Below are positions 58,801-64,000 of a stretch of DNA of 64,000 nt, one piece after another. The DNA is from Macrostomum lignano. Taxonomy: Eukaryota. Position 1 is the first letter of the stretch, and each line of letters begins with the position of its first letter. The stretch spans positions 10,590-74,589 of the forward strand of contig NIVC01003832.1 of assembly GCA_002269645.1 (NCBI GenBank), written 5' to 3'. The notes under the pieces are model-generated. The model saw nothing but the letters and a program-made list of their open reading frames with translations. It was not told the origin of the DNA and made no database searches. The translations under genes and the position numbers were made by a program.

Positions 58801-61800
58801 ATAAATTGTTCCGAGTGGGTCGGGATTCTGGAATCGAACCCCCGACCTTTCAGTCGTGAGTCAGACGCTCTAAACACTATATAGGATGCAACTCCTCTAT
58901 TAGCACGGACAGCCAACCCCTTTGGGCCTTTCAAGTCAAAAACGCAAAGGCATGCTTACCCACAATATTCCAACGAGCCAAGCTGCCATCAGCCTCCAGC
59001 GAATCCAGGTACGCAGTGATATTAGCACTGCTGAGTTCCGTCGGACAGGTGCCAAAAGGAGTGTCGAGTCGCGAAAGCTGCCACCTAAAATGATACTTAA
59101 CGCTGGGCACATAGTTAGAAATGAATGATTGGAACTTCAGTGGAATATCCTGGTTGACCATGATGGCATCCGCGTTGCAAGAGTTGCTGAAATTTCTCGC
59201 CATGCAGTTGCTCACGCACCTGCAAATAAAAAAGCAAAAGTACTTAATTGTGAATCTATCAGTTTTGACGAAAACTGTCGACCTGCCGACTAGAGAAGGT
59301 CGGGTTCCATAACATGAACTAAAGATGTGCAGAAAACTTTTCACGGAGATTGCACTCACTGAACACCAATCATTGGCGATGGTCCCCTCGTTAAGCCAAG
59401 CGTAATCCTGGACATGACCGGTGGAACATCCGGGTGTGCTGCGTCTCTCACCACCATGAGCAGCACGTGGTCGTCAAGTTCAAACATGTAGTTCGTATTC
59501 AATCTCAATACTTCGCCGTCCATGTAGTATAGGTGGTTGTACTTGCCACTCAGGCTGTCCGTGCGCCAGTTAGCGAACGCAGAATCCTCGTAGATGGCCT
59601 GTATGCCCGGATCACTGAACTGGGAGTTGGCTAAGTCGACCTGCCAACTAGAGAGATTCAGGGCCTTCAGCCGGTGTACATACGTGCTCCAGATGTTCGC
59701 CAGAAAGCAGCCGCGTAGATAGCCACCGCTGGCTGAGCTATCGGACAGCCGTGGCCCTGCCAGTTGATGTCGTATTGAAGATTCGAGTCCAGCATGATCC
59801 TGGGCTCGCAGCTGCGGTAGCAGTAAAACTCATACTTCAGGTCGCTGACCTCGCCACCTTCGAGAAACAGATTTGGATTTGAGCTGCAGGTTGGGTCAAG
59901 AGAGACCGGATTTCCCCACATTGTTTGAATTTGACTTCCCGTCTGGAACCATTGCTTCTGCTCATTGTCATAAACGGCTGTCTTGAGACAGGGCTGCAGA
60001 GCGCCAGTGATCACTTCGAATACCACACTCTCTTCAACTTTCAGCAATGGCAGGATTGTCATGAATGCTTGAAAGGTCACGCGGTAAGTTCGCATCGCCC
60101 GAAGGCTGAAGGCTGGCAGATTCAGACTGCGGAGATGAAGGTTCAGATTTTCGTACATGACGCCGTCAGAGTAATATGAAAATGACATGTTGCCAGTGAG
60201 TTCAGGATAGTTGTTGAAGAATGCGGTTAACTTCGGAGCGTAGCTTTTCCAACTATTCTCCGTAGCATTGTAGACTTCAATTGTCCAGCGAACAGTGACG
60301 CTCGTACTAAAGCAGTTGATCACGAGGTTGCTCTCCAACTGTATCATGGTATTCCGCATGTACCTCGGAGCTGTCCAGCGGGATAGATGCGACGTCGGAT
60401 AGACGCAGCGGCCCTTGCCCACCGCCATCAGCCAAGAATGCGTCTCACGGGAAACCGTGTTTGCAGCAAAGAATGTGACATTTTTTGCGCCCTCCTGTGC
60501 TACACTTTTGCTGAGGATTCCGTTTCCCCCAGTTGGTTGGCCATGGACAGAGGCGTTGTAAACTCGATTGTAAAAGTCCGTTAGGTCAGTCATCCATACA
60601 CTGTTCATGCCCATCTGGAATAGGCCGCTTGACTCGCAGAATGGCCTGTAACCAAATACATGGTAGCTGATCCCGTCGCTGAGTGCTGAGCCCAAGCCGA
60701 GAAGTCGATTTGATAGCAGGCCTCTGTGCCGGGCCCCAGGGTTGAAAGACCGGATTCGCAGCGTTTATACCATTCGATTCTTCAGCATTCAGGCCGATGC
60801 CAAATATGGACTTTTGCACAGTGATCGAAATAGTGACTACTTTCCAGCTGATTGCGTTCGAAACGTTGACAGAAATTGAGTAATTTCCAGGGCTATTGTA
60901 CGAGTGTTCCACCTGAGCGAGAGAATTCGTTGCCAAGCTACTATCGCCAAAGTCCCACTGGCAGGTGACGGGCTCCTGCCAAAGAAGGGAATCGTCAGGA
61001 CAAACTTGACCGCTTTCTCCATGGGGAAAATCTGCCTGGCGGCAGCCGACATTTTCAGACTGTCGAGGGCGAAATCGGGGTGTAAATTGGCCTGGATTGT
61101 GGTTGCCAATAGGTCGGGGAGCAGCAAGAAGATTAGCTGCGACGTCTGGTCGGAAAGCCGGCTCGGAATGGTGAGCAGCGCTCTAATAGTTTCAGGGTCT
61201 CCCAGTGTCAGCTCGAGTGCAAAGCAGAATCTGAACTCCGAATTTACAGCTGCGCACGCGGCGTCCTGAGCAGCAGTACCTGCTGTACATTGGATTAAGT
61301 GCTCAGTTCTCATTGAAGCAGCCGTATTGTTTAGCGAAAGTGTGAGGTTGATGTCGAACAGAGGCTGCGGCGTGTCGACAGTCCGATTTCTACAGAGCAG
61401 TATCGGGACAGGCAGCTGGTACGTTGGACCGGCAGCAGCAGGGGCGATGGATCGCGCAGAGCAAGCAGGAACTCGCGGGGATCGCCAATCACAATGCTAA
61501 TCTCTGTTGAACAGGTGACGGAGCCAACTCGATTCTGCAGCCGAACCGTGACAGTGTAGTTGCCAGGCACAGTGAAGTTGTGGGTCAGCGTGAACCACCG
61601 GTTCGCTCCCTGATCTGGCACCGTCACTGTGTGTCCGTCGCCAAAGTCAGCATCAGCCGTGAAGTCCGAGCCGAACTGCACGCTAACATTGAACTGGGCA
61701 AGCGTTTGCAGCGGAGACTTCGCGAAAGTTGAGCTAAGTGTCTCAATCTGAGCTTCGAAAATAATTTCTTGAACGACAACCGACTGCTTGAGTTCAATGC

Positions 61801-64000
61801 GGGAAACCTGATTTTCAACTATTGCTGTCGCATTGTATGTTCCTCTCTTGGTGTAAGGGTGATTGAAGGCTTCTCTGTCAGTTGTTGGGTCCCAGGTAAG
61901 CAGGCCAGAGCTCGCTGGAGTTCCGTCTCCAAAGTCAAGGATGACTGACGCGTTTGTGGGCAGGAACTCGGCACTGTTGTCGCAGAAGAGCGTAGCGACG
62001 CCATTTACTGGGCCTGACGAAGTCAGCCCGAGCAGCTCGCTGACGTTCCAGTAGACTTTGTCGGTCGTCACCGGGTTTTGTACGTAGATGAGCTGAAACA
62101 GATTTAATTTATTACTCGTATTGGGTTGTTTTTGATACAACAAAATGCACGTTACGTTACTTTATATTGTCGATGTTCCCTCACCAATATGTTTGACCAA
62201 TTTCCAGAAATATAGTTGGTCGACTCAGTCTGCACAGTTCGGGTCCCGGGCTGGTGAAGTTCCACTGCTGCTGCAACTCCGGACCTGTTCGAGTGCCATC
62301 CGTGAAGTTCCAAGTGTACAATGGCTGGCTGCCTTGGTGCTGGAGAACGTAGAAGCTGACTATTGCGTTGGTTTTGTCTGCAATGGATTTCGTAATTTAT
62401 TGCATCCTCTTGTAACTGGAAATGAAGTCTAAAAACATTTTTGCAACTCACAGTGAGTGGCGTTAGTCACGATTCTCACGCCCAGTATTGGCACCTGCAC
62501 CCGGACCAGCCTGCTGAGCACAGCCGTATCGGCCAGGTGATTTGCAAATGTCACGCTCACGTTGTACATGTACTCGTCGGGGCAGTCCAGGTGGCTTCCG
62601 CCGGAGCAGGTGTTATTTCCCAGGACGGCGCTGGCTCTCACGCTGCCACCCCGGTAGCCGAAAAACTCGACCGACTTGGCGAGGCCGAGCGTCGAAGGCG
62701 GCGCTGCGGTGGCCGCCAGGCTGGTGGCATTGTCCGCGATGCCAGATGACTCAACAAAGTAGTCCGGCCGAGGCTGCTGCTCGCGCACGGACACTGCCTG
62801 GCCAGGATCGGACACGGCCAAGATGTCGCCGGGCAGCAGATGCAGGTGCTGCTCTTGGCTGGCGTTCAGCTGCAGCGAGTTGAAGCCGGCGCTGGCGACT
62901 GTCAGCTGCACCCGTTTGATGCTCAACAGCTGGCCGGCAAAGATGGGGAACTGGCTGGCCGGTCCAGCGGCATTCGAGCACCGCCGCTTCTGAAGGCTCC
63001 ATCGGTCGCCGCCGATGCAGGCGAAGCTGCGCACGCTGGGCTGGCGACCGCAGGACTGACCGACTGCCAAGCAGGCGTTGCTCACGTAGCAGTAGGTGCT
63101 GCGTCGGGGCACTGGGGCCGCAGGACCTGGCGGACAAGTTGATGAGACAGTTAGATTCAGTTTTATTGCACAAATAGAAGACAAATTACTCCCTTCTGGA
63201 CTTCAAAACCCTAAATGAAGCAAGTAGCTATTTATTTTACCAAGGTGGAATCACAAAGGGCCTGTCTGTCACTTAAACTCATAATGTGGAGCCGAGTAGC
63301 TTATGTCACAAATGATACGTCATTCTGTTTACAGTGACACCAGGAAGCTGGATTTGAAAACAAAGTGACAAAAATTGGACTTGGGTTGAGAGAACAGGAA
63401 AGGGGATAATTAAGGACTCCACCTTATGCGCTCATTTACATAATAATCCTAATTATCCATTGTGTGTCTCCCCATCCAAGTCCAATATTCGTCGCTTTTT
63501 GCCAAATCCAGCTTCCTGGTGTCACTGTGAACAGAATGACGGATCATTTGTGTACATAGGTTACTCGGGCTCCACTTTATGAGCTTAAGTTGACAGGCCC
63601 TTTGCACAGCACATCTGAGTAGAGACAAGCAGGAAATGCTAGTTTCACACTACTGTATTTCAAAGCAAATGTTGGCTTTAGCTGTTCGACAAATCGCAAT
63701 TGAGTAAGCGATGTATGGAAAATCAAAATCATACTTAGATCAGTCTAATTTAGCTATTGGCGGCACAGGTAGTGAACGCAATGCTACGAGTGCTCACTTG
63801 AACATCGAAGCTGCACCAGCCGACACATTAGCATGGAAGGCCACTCCAGTGAACGGTACACGGCACGCTGACGTCATAGTTGAGCAGAACCAGACCGGCT
63901 GGCCGCGTGTCCGCTGTGTAGGAATGCTGGCTCTCCGCTTGGCGAAAGTTCACCGGAGCCGCGTCTGCCATCGCAGGTTGGTCCAGGAGGCGGGCGGTTA
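46760..64000 (-). CDS. PKD1: Polycystin-1-like protein (PKD1/PKD1L family); gene continues beyond the window; 5' exons carry apparent frameshifts
   Basis: Domain order: Cys-rich LDL-A-like segment and LLPGD motif, PKD repeats (DFGDG, WDFGD..HSYNSPGNY.VSN), REJ (CVSNC; P.QG...F.I.C.G..D.D.PL.Y), GAIN/GPS (CYSRHLTSF), TM1, PLAT (GAGTTANV; RIWHDNSG; FICNRWL), TM region, TOP (YSGGGY; WLDRLSR), channel TMs (LLNVFVAVM), coiled-coil tail. The symbol is a family-level call. Confidence 0.92.
47000..47460. repeat. Degenerate minisatellite, about 38-43 nt (gctacctgaaagtctaccc..atcaatgaagag)
   Basis: Direct reading. Confidence 0.75.
47561..47833 (-). CDS. PKD1: PKD1-like exon, last TM (LFFFAFML..LLNVFVAVM)
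   Basis: ctgcag acceptor, G|gtgagc donor, 273 nt, phase 1/1. Confidence 0.87.
47905..47975 (+). mobile_element. Degenerate tRNA-like/SINE head
   Basis: cagtagttaacgcg A-box-like and ggttcgattcc B-box (47953-47963); no complete cloverleaf seen. Confidence 0.4.
48195..48925. repeat. Minisatellite, unit about 40-46 nt, each unit containing the PKD1 exon end and splice donor
   Basis: (gcctcactagtagccc..ctgagccccatctgccagtga)n, about 17 copies. Confidence 0.95.
48920..49175 (-). CDS. PKD1: PKD1-like exon, S4-S5/pore region (INQVFIGIIVFLFTIRFLRLLNFN...EALSILAT)
   Basis: ccgcag acceptor, A|gtgagg donor, 256 nt. Confidence 0.87.
49235..49530. repeat. Minisatellite, 30-nt unit (ctcaagtagatgctctcatatgtctacaaa)
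   Basis: Direct reading. Confidence 0.93.
49555..49713 (-). CDS. PKD1: PKD1-like exon (DQFKCLDICLLL...FIDFQWLIVYDE)
   Basis: accag acceptor, GAG|gtacgg donor, 159 nt. Confidence 0.85.
49825..50750. repeat. Minisatellite, 20-nt unit (ccatccccatctactctatc)
   Basis: About 45 copies; source of ORFs 49728-51178. Confidence 0.95.
50840..51276 (-). CDS. PKD1: PKD1-like exon, TOP/polycystin domain + TM
   Basis: YSGGGY, WLDRLSRGVVLELLLYNP; 437 nt, phase 1/0. Confidence 0.9.
51686..52185 (-). CDS. PKD1: PKD1-like exon, TM6 + TOP domain start
   Basis: LREKQLDAMIRDAIFYLIFL; PRLRQLR; 500 nt, phase 2/1. Confidence 0.9.
52382..53472 (-). CDS. PKD1: PKD1-like exon, TM2-TM5 region
   Basis: HLWLSVVTRPARSRFTRVQR, LPWW, SVLLVQPIK; aag acceptor; 1091 nt, phase 0/2. 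Confidence 0.9.
53760..54090 (-). CDS. PKD1: PKD1-like PLAT/LH2 exon
   Basis: YELTFWTG..RGAGTTANV, LRIWHDNSG, FICNRWLS; 331 nt, phase 2/0. Confidence 0.93.
54781..55052 (-). CDS. PKD1: PKD1-like exon with GPS cleavage motif (HL|T) and TM1
   Basis: CYSRHLTSF, NPIAFALC..WARRKDERD; 272 nt. Confidence 0.92.
55148..55367 (-). CDS. PKD1: PKD1-like GAIN exon (…WRFGVRML…ACNYVNL…TGLY)
   Basis: cgcag acceptor, TAT|gtgagt donor, 220 nt, phase 2/0. Confidence 0.82.
55455..55585. repeat. Minisatellite, 23-nt unit (tctcctaaacaccagctgtgttc)
   Basis: About 5 copies. Confidence 0.85.
55636..56330 (-). CDS. PKD1: PKD1-like GAIN exon with a Cys-rich segment
   Basis: tttttag acceptor, AC|gtaagc donor, 695 nt. 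Confidence 0.85.
56610..56758 (-). CDS. PKD1: PKD1-like GAIN exon (LKVAIRDESSSDCSYF...QTVVTT)
   Basis: ccag acceptor, ACC|gtaaga donor, 149 nt, phase 1/0. Confidence 0.78.
57002..58009 (-). CDS. PKD1: PKD1-like exon: end of REJ, Ser/Thr-rich linker, helical GAIN region
   Basis: LPPG....HRLSICILVTD; S/T run; 1008 nt, phase 1/1. Confidence 0.87.
58105..58428 (-). CDS. PKD1: PKD1-like REJ exon
   Basis: VTPSQGVSVLDKFQIECTGASDSDEPLTY; 324 nt, phase 1/1. Confidence 0.88.
58650..58885 (-). mobile_element. tRNA-derived SINE-like element in a PKD1 intron
   Basis: A-box-like tagtgtttagagcg (58879-58866), B-box ggttcgattcc (58840-58830), then tgtccttgagtgagacacttaac, resembling SINE central domains. 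Confidence 0.6.
58960..59219 (-). CDS. PKD1: PKD1-like REJ exon (CVSNC...)
   Basis: ttgcag acceptor, G|gtaagc donor, 260 nt, phase 2/1. Confidence 0.85.
59360..62092 (-). CDS. PKD1: PKD1-like large exon region: PKD repeats + REJ start, broken by several apparent frameshifts (hidden introns not excluded)
   Basis: PKD signatures LDFGDG, ADFGDG, QWDFGD and HSYNSPGNY lie in different frames; acceptor tttcag at 62093, donor CA|gtgagt at 59359. Confidence 0.75.
62185..62377 (-). CDS. PKD1: PKD1-like PKD-repeat exon with an apparent 1-nt deletion
   Basis: GSQPLYTWNFTDGT in one frame and PGTRTVQTESTNYIS in the next; 193 nt where flanking phases require 194. Confidence 0.7.
62452..63126 (-). CDS. 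PKD1: PKD1-like exon: Cys-rich LDL-A-like segment, LLPGD region, PKD repeat end
   Basis: YCYVSNACLAVGQSC, HLLPGDILAV, YNVSVTFANHL..VQVPI; 675 nt, phase 1/1. Confidence 0.8.
63254..63604. mobile_element. Fold-back element / MITE (about 350-bp imperfect hairpin) in a PKD1 intron
   Basis: Termini caaagggcctgtc / gacaggccctttg; 25-nt perfect IR 63332-63356 vs 63503-63527; further pairing inward. Confidence 0.7.
63798..64000 (-). CDS. PKD1: Probable further PKD1-like exon, truncated by the window edge
   Basis: GC-rich coding-like block ending AA|gtgagc; plausible reading needs a frame change near 63852; phase link to 63126 not resolved. Confidence 0.45.

Noticed and set aside
62416-62451. 36-nt intron using the ttccag acceptor at 62416
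   Set aside because: The 74-nt intron ending at 62378 restores the PKD signature YTWNFTDG; the short one does not.
50757-63173. Numerous plus-strand and off-frame ORFs overlapping PKD1 exons
   Set aside because: Shadow ORFs of GC-rich coding sequence; no independent motifs.

Overview
Eukaryotic (invertebrate metazoan) genomic DNA with spliceosomal introns that are full of minisatellites. The style resembles the flatworm Macrostomum, but the species cannot be verified from the sequence. Three genes can be reconstructed by hand. (1) A stomatin/MEC-2-like gene (minus, about 712-24897) with a pair of 56-nt duplicated exons that look mutually exclusive, a GC-AG intron, and at least two candidate first coding exons. 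(2) A TMEM45-family gene (plus, 35615-44807, 3 exons, 291 aa). Its intron 1 holds a hAT-type MITE nested in a minisatellite and a 4.1-kb head-to-head palindrome of a Penelope-like retroelement (RT + GIY-YIG, a hammerhead-ribozyme-like motif in each arm, TSD). Its intron 2 holds a DIRS/Ngaro-type tyrosine recombinase remnant. (3) A polycystin-1-like gene (minus, 46760 to beyond 64000; PKD repeats, REJ, GAIN/GPS, PLAT, TM/channel region, coiled-coil tail). Its 3' exons splice cleanly, its 5' exons carry several apparent 1-nt frameshifts, and one splice donor is tandemly amplified about 17 times. Most long ORFs in the supplied track are artefacts of tandem repeats. All coordinates were read by eye; repeat boundaries are approximate.
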